Assembly: GCA_001643675.2 (NCBI GenBank) | Contig: LSRY02000004.1 | Location: forward strand, 2,108,001-2,172,000 | DNA: 64,000 nucleotides | Origin: Monocercomonoides exilis PA203 | Taxonomy: Eukaryota > Protista > Preaxostyla | Reading direction: 5' to 3' | Shown: positions 37,398 to 51,700 of the stretch, one piece after another | How the letters are laid out: each line of letters starts with the position of its first letter | Numbering within the stretch: position 1 is the first letter of the stretch | Translations under genes and position numbers: made by a program | The notes under the pieces: model-generated | What the model saw: the letters and a program-made list of their open reading frames with translations, nothing else | What the model was told of the DNA's origin: nothing | Databases searched by the model: none

Positions 37398-39065
37398 ATG
37401 AATTATCCAGTCAAACATTCACAAAAAGAAAACAGTAGCCAGCCAACTGTCCAAATGTACTTATCGGCGACTGTTCCAGGTAAATTAGTTTAATACTTTG
37501 TTTACTAATTTCTTTTGTTAAGTTATGTTTGGAAAAGGAGGATGGCCCATTGCAATTATTGTAGTTTTATATTTCATATGTTTATTATTTGCCTTCCAAG
37601 AGATGATATTATCATTTAGAAAACGAGGAAAAACTAAAAAATTAACAAGAAGAGCATTTCTCACAATATTTTGCGTATTTTTATCATGGAGGATAATTTG
37701 TTACACAACTCCATTTCCTTTTAACTATAAAACAGGGCTGTACATAGCGGATCAACTTCCTCGATTTCTTTTATTTTTCACATGGGAAATTTTGTCAATT
37801 TGGATTGGAGGTGCTGTCCTATCAACCGTTTCATCTGCAAAAATACTAAAACTTTGCAACATACTTATTTTTGTGCTTCTTGTCATCATTTTTATAATCA
37901 CGTTGGTTTTAACATTTGCCTATGGAGTATGAAACTTTTGAACATAATCACTTACAACTAATTAATGACTTTTCTTTTTGAATACTCTTGTTATTATTAA
38001 CACAAAATTAGGATCAACAAAACGATTTTTCAAACCCTTTAAGCACATTTATGGCTGTGAATTCTGTTCAGTATTTAATCGTTTGGATATCAATTTCCGT
38101 GTATGGATTCCGTCTTGCTCAGATTACGTTCAGATCAAGGTTGTATGGACAAATAAGAACAAGAGTAATGATATTAATTTATCTCGTATTTTTGATGTGG
38201 GCTGTGTTTCTCGCTCGATTTTTGTGGTCGTTTTTTAAAGCCATTCACCGCAATGAACTTCAAACGTTAATCGGAAAAAATGCGGAAACTTGTGGCCAAG
38301 AAGAAACTGGATGGTATTTTTTTGATGTTTATTCATTTTATTAACACTTTTCATATAAAATTTCTCTGTTTTCAAAATTTCTTTTAAAACTTTAATTCTA
38401 TTTGACTTTGCATGATCATATACATTTATTACTTTTGGAATCTTGCTTCAATTCATTCGAAAATGTTTGAATAAAGCACGGAATTTTTTTCTCAAACCAT
38501 GACGCTTCAATTCTTCTGGGAAATAGTTCCATCTGTTGATCTCCTTCTGCTGTTTTATGTACTAAAAGTGCAAACAAAGAAAGGCAAACATTCAAAACTT
38601 GAAGTCCGTGATTCAACAAATGAGCATACGATGAACACTGCCCCATCACTTCGCCGCGCATCGACGTTATCTTCTCCAGGTGCTGATGCAACCAAGACCA
38701 CTTCGTCATCGTCTGCTTCGAGGAGAAGCAGAGATGAGCGGAGGGGCTTTGACAAACAGCCTGTGTTACTCGCAACAGATCCGCTTTTGTGGTCTCTGAA
38801 GAACACACAGCTACAATCAGAAGAAGGAAGAGGGCAGCACTCTTTGAAAAGTCGCACTGATGGAGCGAAAGGGCGGATGAAAGAGGAGAAAACTGAAAGA
38901 GAATATGAACAAGGTTATCTGCTTTCAGACACCTCGCAGATGTATTCAGCCGAGTTTTCAGACAAAGAAAAATATTCTGCAAATATAAGCATCAATTCCG
39001 GAAGTTTAAAGAAAAAGAAAAAGAAGAAGAAGAAGAAGAAGAAGATTTTGCCAAGCATTTCTTGA
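37398..39065 (+). CDS. THH1/TOM1/TOM3 (GPR137-like) multi-pass membrane protein, 4 exons
   Basis: About 7 hydrophobic segments, with DQLPRFLLFFTWEILSIW and FFWEIVPS motifs. Phase-compatible acceptors at 38011 and 38476 join the ORFs. Confidence 0.72.
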
Positions 39066-39767
39066 ATATTCTTATTTCTGTAATTTTGAGTGTTGACATT
39101 TCGTTTTAGCATTTTTTCAACATATATCTTTATAAGAATTATGAAACTTATGTTTTATTGACATCTTTTCAGACATTTTTTTGTTATCTTTCCGTTTGAG
39201 TTGAATCCAATGTTTTTGGATGAGTTATTGAATGATTGTTCACAGAATTCCTTTCAATTTCATAATTTTTCTTTGTTTGATTTTTGTTTTGCTCAATCTT
39301 TATTAAATCCATTCGATGGAAGGATATTGTTTATGTTGATTATCTTTTTGTAATTTTTATGTTCAATAAAAAATACAAAGAAAAAAAGTTCGCTTTTTGT
39401 TCCATCTTCATTTTTTCTGCAATATCTTGATGTTGTTTTTATTGAATAAAAAAAAAAAAAAATAAACAAAGTTTAAAGAATATGAAGGTGAATAATCCAA
39501 AGAAAAGGTTATTTATTCAAGAAAACAGGAGGGACAAATTTAAATTGAAACGAAATATTAACTTACTTTTTCTGAAAGAAGTAAAATAAAATTCATTAAA
39601 CATAATCACTACGCATAGCAAAAAAGTTGGAAAACAAACCCAAACACGCTTAAAAATTAAATAAAACCAATCCTTAAAAATAATAGTTAATTACAGTAAT
39701 GAACACAATAAGGACAGAATTACAAGAAATAAGGAGAACAGCTTTGATGTGATATGGTTCACTACAA

Positions 39768-42700
39768 TTATAGTGAAGCTTTTTCGATTCTGGCAAGACA
39801 CGACTTCGCATGCTGAGCAGCAGGCGATCCGTCCCACACCTCCATAATGTTCTCGAGCACTTCATTCACTTCTAACTTTCCTAATTCTCTTGCATGAGCT
39901 GGCGTAGCTGCAATGTTCATAAGGCCAAGCGTTGCAAGCTTTGCAGTTGCTTCGTGCTCTTCTCCGAACACCTTCAAAACCTTAAGAATGGTACGGGGAC
40001 CGTCCAATGACATGAACGAAACAACATTATCCTCTGAGGAATCAATTTAGTCACAAACAGTGTCAGTTAAAAAATTAAAAATAATAAATTAAACAGTAAT
40101 ATATGTGAAAAAAAAAAGATATTTACAAACCGCATTTTGTGATCAAATTCACAGTTGCAGCAGTTGCTGATTCGATAAATACTTCCTCTTCCTCTTTTTC
40201 TTCTTCTTCCTCCTCCTCTTCCTCCTCTTCATCATCACTCTTTTTATCATTCTTTCGAGATGAAAGTTTTGTACCTTCTTTTTCAGCTCTCTTTATTTCA
40301 GTGTTTAGCACAGATACCATCAACTTTACTGCTTCTAATCCATTAAGAGTCTTCTTTGCAGTTGGATTAATTGCCAGTTTTCGAAGTGTTTCGCACGCGC
40401 TTGCAATGAAATCACAATCTTCATCTTTCACGCTCTTTTCGGCATTCTTTTCATTCATAGCATCTGCAGACGATTGCACATTTGCAGAAGAAGACTTAGA
40501 ACTAGATGAGCTGTTTGCAGAATAAAAGTCCTCGTACATTTTCCCATTCATATGCAGTTCAAGCTTTTTCAAGCCAATCTGTATGATTTTCAGAAGTTCT
40601 GCAAGCAAATCTGATTTTTCAGTGGCAATTCGATCTCTAATGTCGTTTTCAGTGAGAAGGTTTCCGAGAAGCTGAAGAGCAGCACGAAGCGCAGTTGATG
40701 TGGATCGAGACGGAGCCCAGAACATTTCTTTGCTTTCGGCTGCTTTGCTGCTTGTGATAATCTCATGCTTCGAATTGATTTCTGCGAAAAACACAATCAG
40801 AAGCTCAACAACTCCATCATCAATTAGCTGATCCAAATTTCCATCGTCAAATGCAATGTTCAAAAGAGTCATGAAGCACTTCTGTGAAAGCATCTGAACA
40901 AATGTTGGAGTAATCTCGAATTGCGCAGGATTTGTCGTAGCATCAGCATCATTTCTGTCAGCAGAAGAGGACGAAGCAGATGATGAAGAAGCTGAACGAG
41001 TATTACTTTGAAGTGTGAGAGATTCTTTGGTTGGATGAATTAAAAGATTTAACAAAGAAATGATAAGTGCAATTCCACCGGCTTCGACAATTTCAGCACT
41101 GTTAGATTGATCAACAGCTAAGTTCACCAGTGCATCAACGATACTCATAACAACTCGGTCTATTTTGCCCTTTTTCTTTTCCAGGACTCCAAGCAATGCA
41201 TCAACAACTTTCGCTTCTTCGATCTGCTTCTGATACTCATCTGTTTGTGTCAAGTTGATAATTACTTTGATTGCAGAAATGGAAACTTCCTCTTCAATCA
41301 TCAGGTGAACATTCATCAAGCGAATAATCTCTGAAAGAACTGCTTTTTCAGCAAGTACCTTTTTGTGATTGTCTGACAATGAAAGAGCTACAAATATATC
41401 TGCAACATTTGCAACAACAGACGTTTCATTCAAAGTGAAAGTCTGCGCCGCTTTCAGAAGCAATTTGACCGAATCCTCCGTTGCGATTGACTTCAGAACT
41501 TCGTCTGTTGATGAAATGTGCTGAAGGAAACATGTTGCATCACAAACGATGGCTGAATTATCCAAATTCGAAGAAATGGCATCAAGGGACAATTTGGCCA
41601 CATCTTCAGTTGCCAATGCATCCATTGCAATCTGAGAAACTGTCATGTTTCCAATCGCATGGAAGATTCTTTCAACAAGCGTCACTTCTTCTTCCAGCTG
41701 GAGATTCTTTTCCACTTTTGTCAGATTTTGTTCTGATGATTTGATTTCTTTGATGGCTTTGCATGCATTTCTTCCAAGCGTTACAAGAGACTTATGAGCA
41801 TCCTCCTTAACTATTTGATCAGATCCATTGGGCATCCAAGCAATGTTTTGGAAGATTGAAACAAGAATGCGAGTGAGAGAGTTCTGCTCCTTTGAAAGAT
41901 AGAAATGCATTGCAGTTTCAACCATCTTGCAGAATTTCGGAATTAAAAGGAATTCATCTGCAAGTGTGCAATCGCTCGTAAGGTTCAAAATAACAGTGGC
42001 AACAGTTCGATAGACTCTCAGAAGCAGTGTCTCATGCTGCTGGAGTAGGTGAACCATTGCTTGGACGAATGGATGAGGCGTTTGCTTTTGCGAAGAAGAT
42101 GACGAGGCTGATGATGCATTTGATTTACACATCGCACCAAACCTTTCTCTGTTTGTGCTTCCAAGTGACAGCTGAACAAGAACAGCAAGAACTTTTGATA
42201 AAATGGACACATCTTCATTATATGCATATTTCACAACGCAATCAGTCAATATTTCAATTCCATTTGATTCGCGAATAATCACCTTATTTGGCTCTTTTTC
42301 TCGGACGCTCCAAATGATGTGGCTGCCATTCTTCAGTAAAACTTGATCTTGTTTGTTGAACGATTTTATGAATTTCAGAACAATTGGAATGCCTCCTTCC
42401 TTAACAATTCTCTTCAGATTATTCACACGATATGTCAGAATTGCTAAGGCATGAATCAGCTCGCTTTGAAGTTCTGACGGTGCAGAGTCAGCGCTTTGCT
42501 CAGAATCAGAGTTTTGGGCGATGCTCTCTTCCATTCGCTTGATAATTAACCTAATAAGTTCTTCATCATCCAATGCAGCTGTATTCAAACGATTCACCAA
42601 AAGAGCGAACTGCTCTCCAAAGTTTTCAAGAGCTTCTAATAAATCGTCTTCATTTGTTCCTTTCAGTGCTTCTTTCAGTTGCATAATTGCTTCAACTGAT

Positions 42701-45700
42701 TCCTCGCTTCCGAAATCGCCTTCATCTTCTCCTTCGTCATTCACATTCAGGGTTTCGCACAACGTTCCGCAATTGTGTTCATTCATAAATACGGCATGTT
42801 TCTTCCTAATTGTCTGTCCATCTTCACCTGTCCAGAAGCGAACGTCCATCGTGGCAGCAGCACATCTCACACATTCAATGCCTTTTTCCGATGCAACACC
42901 AATTGCAGTGTCAACCAACATCTCATTCCCCATTCTGTTCAGCACAAAGTGCTGGAATGCATCCAATAGCTCGTTGCTGGCCTTGCATTGATTGATCAGA
43001 TAATGAGATGATGAATCAGACTCAGACGAAGAAGAGATAGACAATGGGCTACTCGCCACACGAAGCAAATCAACCTTGTCTGTGTTGACAGAAAAGAACA
43101 TTGGAGAGCCAGCTCGTTCAGAAAATTCAACAATTACAGCCTCGCTAATGAGGATTGGAGAAGGAGGATTAAGCGAGTTAAAGTTTGAAGCAAGTGAGGC
43201 TATCATCGAGTGAGTCTTTGCAGCGCACAGATACTTTTGAATCTGCTGAACGGTTTTGAATGGTCCTTGAACAATCCAATTGCTTGGTGCGCTGTTAACA
43301 GGATCTTTCAAAACCAACTTCCGCAGCTCAAGATTCTCACTCTCGCCAAGTTGATTGGATAGAAGTGTTGCACTGTGCTCGATGTGCTCGAAGAGCTTCT
43401 TTGAAACATTGTAACTGTGGAATGTGATCTTCTCTTCTCGCTCATCAAATGCGAAGTTGGAAACCACCGACAAATCAAATGAAAAGCCGAGCTTTGCCAT
43501 TTCTTCCTGCTGTTTCTCTTTCATCTGCAGAACTTCCATTTCGAGCATATTTTGATACTCCTCATCTTCGGAGCTTTCTCTTGAAACACTTTTAATTTCT
43601 CCACTTGTTGCCATTTCTGCTGCATCCATTCCATCGTCAAATGAACTTGATGTTTCGCGCTTTCGCACAACCCTTCTATTCCTTTTGTGCTCAGGCGCTG
43701 CTTCTCCTTCATCTTCCTTTGATTCCTGCGCCTCTTCGACAACTTCCTCAGCTTCTGGTTCTTCCATTTCTTCCTCTTCGAACTCCTCATATTCTTCAGG
43801 CTCTCCAATCTCCACAAATGCAATGTCTCCATCCTGCAATGATTCCTCATCGTCTATCTCAAACGGATATTCCCCTTCAAACTCTCGTTCATCCTCGGAA
43901 AGCGTCTCGTCGTTTCTTGCCGGATCGTTTGGAACACGTCTCAGCCACTTCTTCCCATTTTTGAATACGATTGCCCTGTAATCCACGCCTTCTTCTCCAG
44001 GTGGAGAATCTGAGTAGATGAACTCTTCTTCTTCAGGAAGAGGAGGTGCTTCTGGAATGAACATTCCATAGTCAGGAAGCACATCTGTTGTAAGTATCCG
44101 CTTATCATCCACTCCTTCAACTTCGTCATAATCCATCGAAAACTCAAGTTGGTATTCTTTTCCTTCTTCAAACATATCCTCTCCGTCAATGTAATCTCCA
44201 AGCTCACCTTCGAACTCTCTTTCTTCTTCGTCCAAAGACATATCATGGAGAAGAGGATCATCTTCTTTCCTTCTCAGCATTTTTCTGCCTTTGCTAATAA
44301 AAATAATTCTCAATTCAGTTTGCAAATTGTCTTCGTTATATTCTTTCCCTTCTTTTATTGACGAGCCCGAAGATAATGACGGACTTTCTTTCGATCTTTG
44401 CATCTGTTCCTTTCTTGCTTGTGTCAACGACTCAATAGGTTTGACGCTTCCGTCCTTTGTTTTCTCTCCGATAGCAATTAGTGGAGTGTTTGTAGAACTG
44501 GATGACTTTTGTTTGATTATCGTTTTCCCTCCCATTCCTTTCGCCACATCGTATGTGGGCACAATCTGCACTTGATATTCTTTGCCTTCAACAAATGTAG
44601 ACTCACCAGGAATGGCTGTGATGAATTCTCCTTCAAACAGACCTTCATTTCCTGGTAGGCTGCGAAGTGGATCATCAGCCTTGCGCTCGAGCATCTTTCT
44701 ACCATTGCGAATAAGAATTGTGCGTGTTTCAGGAAGAACTGTATTAATACCAAACGTAACAGAAGAAGTATCTTGAGTGCTCCTTTGAGATGGAGATGCT
44801 TCAATATCTTTGCGAGATGTTGTTGCCTGTGTGATAAGAATCTTCTTGTCAATTCCTTCTCGTTTCTCGTAATTCTTTTTCATTGTCACAGGATACACTT
44901 TCCCTTCTTCAAATGTATTTTCTCCATCAACATAGTCAATAAGTTCTCCTTCTATATGATCATCTAAAACTGCAACTGCAACTGCACCTCCAGCTTTGCC
45001 TGCAAATGCATCTTCGTTTGAGTTAATAAGCATTTTCTTTCCATTTTTGATTGCAATATGTCTTTCTTCAACTTCGTCAATGTTCAAAACAATATCAGAA
45101 GCGGAAGAAGAGGTGGTAGCGTTTGCTTCTGATTTTGCAATTGCATCATCAGTCTTTGGAGGATGCTCTCTTTTCTCCAATCGAATAACATCTCCGTGCA
45201 AAATGGTCTTCCCTCCAACTCCAACAGAAGATTGATACAGCGGATCAACCATCACCTGATAAGACATTCCTTCACGAAACTTGTTCTCTCCATCGATAAC
45301 TTCGACATATTCTCCTTCAAACTCTCTTTCCTCTTCAGTAAGAGATTGATCGTGCTTTTTCGCATCATTTTCCTGTCTGCGCAGCATCTTCTTTCCGTCC
45401 AGCACAACAATTTCTCTCATTTCTGGCTCCACACATATTGTGGGTGTTCGGTTGCTGCTCTGAAGAATAGCCTCTCTCCGCTTGATTGCATTCTCTGCGA
45501 TTGCTGCTTTGCTCCTGGCACGATATCGCTGGATGTATAGCTGGTTGTCCTTCATCCTCTTTCGTTTTGCTGCCAGCATACGACGCCTCTTCGCTTTCTG
45601 CTTGTCTTCCAGAGATTCAGTGTCTTCAATCTGCTCCATCAGAAGCAAATCAACCTCGTCCATTGAATACTCACGCACAACAGTCTTCTTTTCAACTCCA

Positions 45701-48700
45701 CAGCCAACCTGATAGAACGGGTCAAACAAAACATTGTACTCTTTCCCTTCCTCAAATTTTTCTTCTCCCGGAAGATATTCTTCGACTTCTCCTTCAAATT
45801 CTCTTTCATCTGCGCTCAATGAAGCATCCAAACGTTTTGGATCATCAGACTTTCTCTTCAGGAACTTCTTTGAATTCCTCACAACAATAGTTCTCTCTTC
45901 TTTTTCTTCTTCTGGCAGTGGCTCGCTTGGAATGTCGTACACAAGCACAGTTGAGCCAGCAATACCTTTGGCGGGAAGAAATGCGGGATCAACCACAATT
46001 TCGTACTGCTTTCCAGATTCAAAGTTCTCTTCCCCTTCAATTGCGTTCACATATTCTCCCTCAAACACTTTGGTAGAATCCTCCGCTGTTTGTATCTTTG
46101 CTGCCTCTTCTGGAGTAATATCCTTCTTTGCGAGCATCTTCTTCCCATCTACCACTTTCACCACACGCGTCTCAGGAGCCACTCTGATTGACGGAACAAA
46201 CCTTTGCTTATCTCGCTGCTTCCATCCGATTGTCCTCGGTGCAACAGAAGTGGAACGAGGCCTTTGAGAAAGAGAACGAGAGAACGAAGATGTCAATGCA
46301 GGAGACATCTGCGAAGAGCGTTTTGAAAGCGAAGGAGATGTGCCCAACGCTTCGAAAGGAAGAGGAGATTGAGAACGGCGAAATAGTCCTCCACTCCGTG
46401 ATGTTTGCTTTCCTTGTCCCTGGTTGGAACGCGCCTGACTATCGCTTCCGCTGCTAACAGAGCTAAGAGGCAAGCTATAAGTACCATCATCATGACTTGC
46501 TTCTTGTGTTACGATGCGTGCTCCTTCGACACCCTGTGCTTGTCTGCATTTGACACTAAGCGACACTTGATATTCTTTGCCTTCCTCAAACGAGCATTCA
46601 CCAGGAACATAATCAACAAGCTCTCCTTCATACAGCTTCTGTTCTTCACTCAATTTGGGAGACTCAGCCTCTGCATCGCCTTCTTTTCTCTTTAGCATTT
46701 TTTTGCCATTGCAAATGACTATTGTACGTTCTTCAGTGGATTCGAGTATATCTTTCAACAAAGGAGATTGATCGATCAAAGAAGGCGATGAAAAAGGAGT
46801 AGATGTTGATGATTGAGGTCTCACAGATTCTGAAGCAGCAAGCACCGCAGCGGAAACCGACGAGGCGCCGAAAATAACTGGCTTGTTGTTCAGTCCCTTG
46901 ACAATCTCGTATGTCGGATCCACCATCACTTCATAAGATCTTCCTTCTTTCAGCAAATGTTCTCCGCAGAGCACCTCAATCACTGCTCCTTCAAACTCTC
47001 TTTCGTCTTCGCTGAGCGTTTTGTCATTTCGCAATTGGTCATTTTCGCGGCGGCGCAGCATCTTTTGCCCATTTTTGATGACAATTGTGCGAGGCTCTGC
47101 AACGACGCAGTTGGAGACAGAAGGAGAAGGCTGAACAGAAACTGCACTTGCAGCTGCTTTTGAGGCAGCATTAATCACAGGAGTGGAAGCAGCTTTAGAC
47201 GCATCCAGAATTTGGGACACATCAACGAAAGCAACTGCACTCGATGAAGAAGATGCTTCAGGTTGATTTGAAGCCGAAGATCCACTGGCAGAGGCATTTT
47301 CTGCGTCTGATTGATCTTTGCTCACTATTTCCTGTGCAACCTGCGGGCAGCGTCGGGTTAGTGCAACAACTTCTTCTTGTTTTCCATTTGCATCTGTTTG
47401 CACTCGCTTAACTGGGAAGTAGTCATTTTTCATCAGTACTTTGTATTCAGCTCCTTCAGCAAAGCACCCTTCGCCTTCGATGTAGTCAACAATCTCACCT
47501 TCAAATCTCGCTGAGTCAGAAACAGCAGCTTGTTTCTGTTGATCAGATTTCACAAGCATCTTCTTTCCGTTTTGGATCACAATCGTCCTCAACTCCTCAG
47601 CAAATGGAACAACAGCAGCAGGCTCAGATTTTCCGCTGAGAGCTGATGCATGAGGTTGGATGGTCTCATCAATCTGAACTTCTTTTGTTTGAATGACTTT
47701 CTGTCCTCCAACACCTGTCTTTTGTGCATATTCAACTGGAATATACACTTCATATTCATTTCCTTCAGTCATCTTATCTTCATTTAAGATTGGCTCAATA
47801 TAAACACCTTCAAACTTTTGCTCTTTTTCTGTCAGATTCAACGATGAATCATTCAAAACAGGGTCATTTTCTCTTCTTTTGAGGTACTTTTTCCCGTCCT
47901 GCACAACAATTGTTCTTTTCTCCTTCAAAAGTGTTGTGTCTCTTTGTTGAGCATTCACTATTGCTTGTTCCTGAATCTGTTGTGCTTTCAACAAATTCTT
48001 CTGTTTCAGTGCCTCCTCTCTCTTCAAAGCTTCAGGCGTGGCAGTGAAGATAACTTTGCCACCAACTCCCACTTTCTTTTCCATGTCTGAAGGAGAGATA
48101 ACAACAGTATAAGTCTTTCCCTCTTCCATACTTTCCTCTCCTTCAATATGATCCACATATTCTCCTTCAACATACTTTGAAATGTCGCTCTTTGATGCTT
48201 TGATCTCATCAACATTGGCTGCTTTTGAAAGCAGCATCTTTTTTCCATTCATAACAATCAGAGTTCTTTCTTCAGGTGGATAGCGGATTTGAGATGTCTT
48301 CAATCCAAGTTCTTTTCGTTCATCTACTTCGCCTTCATCCGCATTCTCATTGCTGACTGCTGAAGCATCGTCGTCCATGTACTCATCATTCACTGGACTT
48401 GTTTCCCAGTCATCTTTGCCCAACGATGACAGAAACTGCGATGCCAGAAAATCATCAGCTGCTCCGTTCCCTATCACCTCCATCAAATGATCATCTGCCT
48501 TTCGATCAATCGTAATAACCGTTTTGTTCCCCACACTTTTGCGCAGCTGCATATCTTGGTCTCTGATATTCACTGGATATGTTTTCCCTTTCTCGAACAT
48601 TTCTTCTCCTTCGATGTAGCCTGTGACTTCGCCCACATACTGCTTTTCGTGCTCAGAAGCAGACTGATCCAAGAGCATCGGGTCATCGTCCTTTCGTTTC

Positions 48701-51700
48701 AGCAACTTCGCTCCACTTTCGCTCAGCTCCACATTGCGATAATCGCTGCCTTCCTTCATATCACTTGGCAATGGAGTGTTGAGCACTTGCGGATAAGCAG
48801 ATGGCTTGACACCTTTGCTTTCAGACGCAGATGCAGAAGCACTCGAAGAAGAGCCTCCTTCGTATCTTCTTCTCAATGCCTGCACTGTTTCATCCTTCAC
48901 CAGCTTGCACACTCCCACAACTCCTTTTGCTGCTCCCCACAAATTCTTCCAGAAGCCTGGATCTTTCGGTTTCTTCTGAATGATGTTGACATTATTAGCA
49001 CCCTTGTGGATCTCGTATTGTCTTTCATCCATTTTGATCTTGTATTCCTTCCCTTCTTTGAATTTCTCTTCACCATCGATGTATTCAACAAATTTCCCTT
49101 CGTATTGCTTTTCTTCAGCTGAAAGAGAGTTATCGTGTCGTTTTGGGTCGTTTTCTCTTCTCTTCAGCATCTTCTCTCCATTCACAATGACAATTTTCCT
49201 GTCTTCTTCTTTTGGAGTCTTCGCTCCTTTCTTCTCAAGCTCTTTCTGCACTGATCTTGCTTGAGACTTGCAGGATGATAGAGACGGAGAGTATTTCCCG
49301 TGTGGTGTAACAGCAGGTGTTGACGAGACATCCGCTGGGTGGTCAAATGGCGTGTGTGGCTGAGACTGCGGAGGATGGATAATCACTGTTGCTCCTCCAA
49401 TGCCAGACATGGTCGAGTAATCAGGCTTGATCATCACTGGATATTCTCTGCCTTCCTTAAACTTCTCTTCTCCTTCAATGTATTCAATGTATTCTCCTTC
49501 GAACTTATTCTCTTTCTTTTCTTCAGCATTATTTTCCTGTGAAATACCGCCTTCTTTGCTCTTGAGCATCTTTTTGCCGTCAACAACAACAATCATCCGC
49601 TTTTCTGGAACAGCAGCAAACTCCATCTGTGCTGAAGAAGGAGTCGAAGGCACAGAAGACAGAGAAGGTGACATGAACACATCTGATGACTGTTGCTGTT
49701 GTTGAGGCGCAGAGGTTAGAATTGTCAGAGAAGGTGGAAGATTCGGAGATTTCTGTACATCTATCGATGAATCTGAAGTCTTTGAGGCAGATTTCGCAGG
49801 AACAAGCGAAAAAAGAGAAACAGAAGATTTCGTTTCTTGTGTTCCTTTGGCCTCTTTTCCAGCTTGATTTTGCGCTTTCATTGAAGGAGATGTTGAAGGT
49901 GATGCCATTTTCTTGTTGACTGCATCTGTCAGCTTCATCTCTCCCTTTGCTGCTTCTTCTTCCATCCCAACAACACACAGCGGCCGACGAAACACAACAA
50001 CAGTCTTTCCATCGAGTCCTGTCTTTTTGTAAGACGATTTGGGGGCAGTCACCTGATAGCTCTTCCCTTCCTCGAACTTGTCTTCTCCGAATATGAAGTC
50101 AGTGATCTTTCCTTCGTATTCTCTTTCTTCTGCTGACAGCTTCGTGTCTCTTCGCTTCGCGTCGTTCAGCCTTCTTTTCAGCATCTTCTTTCCTCCCACC
50201 ACAGAAATCGTGCGTGTTTCTGTCTGAGTGCTTGGAGTAGGTGGAAACGGAACAGGAAATGGTGTTCTCGGCGTTGTAGGAGAGAGAGGCGTCATCGGAG
50301 TGAGCGGAACCAAAGGAGAGTACGAATACAGCATCTTCTGCCTCGCCAGCTGCATTTCCTTCTGTCTCTGCTTCAAAATCTGCGTCTGTCGCGCTTTTTG
50401 GAGCTCGGGGCTCGAGATCAACAGCTTATGCTGCTCGGATTCCTGCATAAAGCGCATCAAACGCTCTTTTTCCAGCGGATTCGGGCGAAGAACAGTCTTT
50501 CCGCCAGCTGCAGGCTCAGAAGACAAATGTGCAGGGAGCAAAACAGGATACTCTTTGCCTTCTTCAAACGTGTCCTCTTTCTCAATAAAGTCCAAATATT
50601 CTCCCTCAAATTCTCTCTCATTGGGGGACAGTGTTTGGTCATTGCGCTTTGGATCATCTTCTTTGCGCTTCAGCATCTTTGCTCCGTTTTTGATCACAAC
50701 AATCCGTTCTTCTGCTGTTCCTTCCTTCAGCACAGGCGGTGACGGCAGAGGAACATCTTTCATCTGAGGAGTATGCTGATACGAGCGGGCTGATTCACTC
50801 CATCTGCTCTTCCGCTCTTCTTCTTCCTCTTCCCACTGCGCCAATTCTGCTTCGTATTGAGCATAACGCTTTTCTTCATTCTCGACCTCCTTTTTGTACT
50901 CTTCCATTTTGGTTTCGTACTCCGACGTCTTTTTCTTGAACATTTCAGCTTTCTCCTTTTCCCTCTCCAGCAGCTTCTCGCGCTCTTCTTTCATCGCCTT
51001 TGCCTTTTGGATTTCTTCTGCTGAAGGCAACTTGATAGATGGAGAAGACGGGACAGAAGATGGTGTGACTGAAGGAGATTCACCTCCGGCACTCTTCTTT
51101 TGAGTGGGAAGAAAGCGGAACATCTTCTTTCCTCCGACATGTTCGCATTCTTCATATCCACGTGGAATGGACACAATGTAATCTTTGCCTTCTTCCATTG
51201 TCTCTTCTCCAACGATGTACCCTCCATATTCTCCTTCAAATATTCCCTTTTCTCCAAACGGCTTCTTCTTCGGGTCGCCGTCTTTCCTTTTGATCATTTT
51301 CCTTCCTTTGCTGATTGTCACCACACGTTCCTCAGCTGTTGTATCACCTGGTGCACATTCACTCCAATGTGCTGGATGATCTGGCACACCTCCTTGTCTT
51401 ATCAGCTTTGCCTGTGTTGAGTGTTCTTTTTCATCTGCTTCTTCATTCTTCTCCAGAAGTATCGTCCCTCCTTTCGATCCAAGCACTTTCATTGGTTTGT
51501 ATTGTGCATTTATCGTCACATCGATTTCTTGTCCTTCTGCCAGCTTCTCCTCTCCTGGGATATACTCACCCCATTCACCTTCATATTTTCCCATTGGACC
51601 AGGAAATCTCCGCTTGGGATCGTCCTCTTTCCTCATCAGCATCTTCTTTCCGTTGTTGATGGCAATACGACGTGAAACCAATCCATCTCCAGTGGAAGGA

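Noticed and set aside
39005-39065. Polybasic + CaaX prenylation signal
   Set aside because: The poly-Lys tail ends in ILPSIS with no cysteine.
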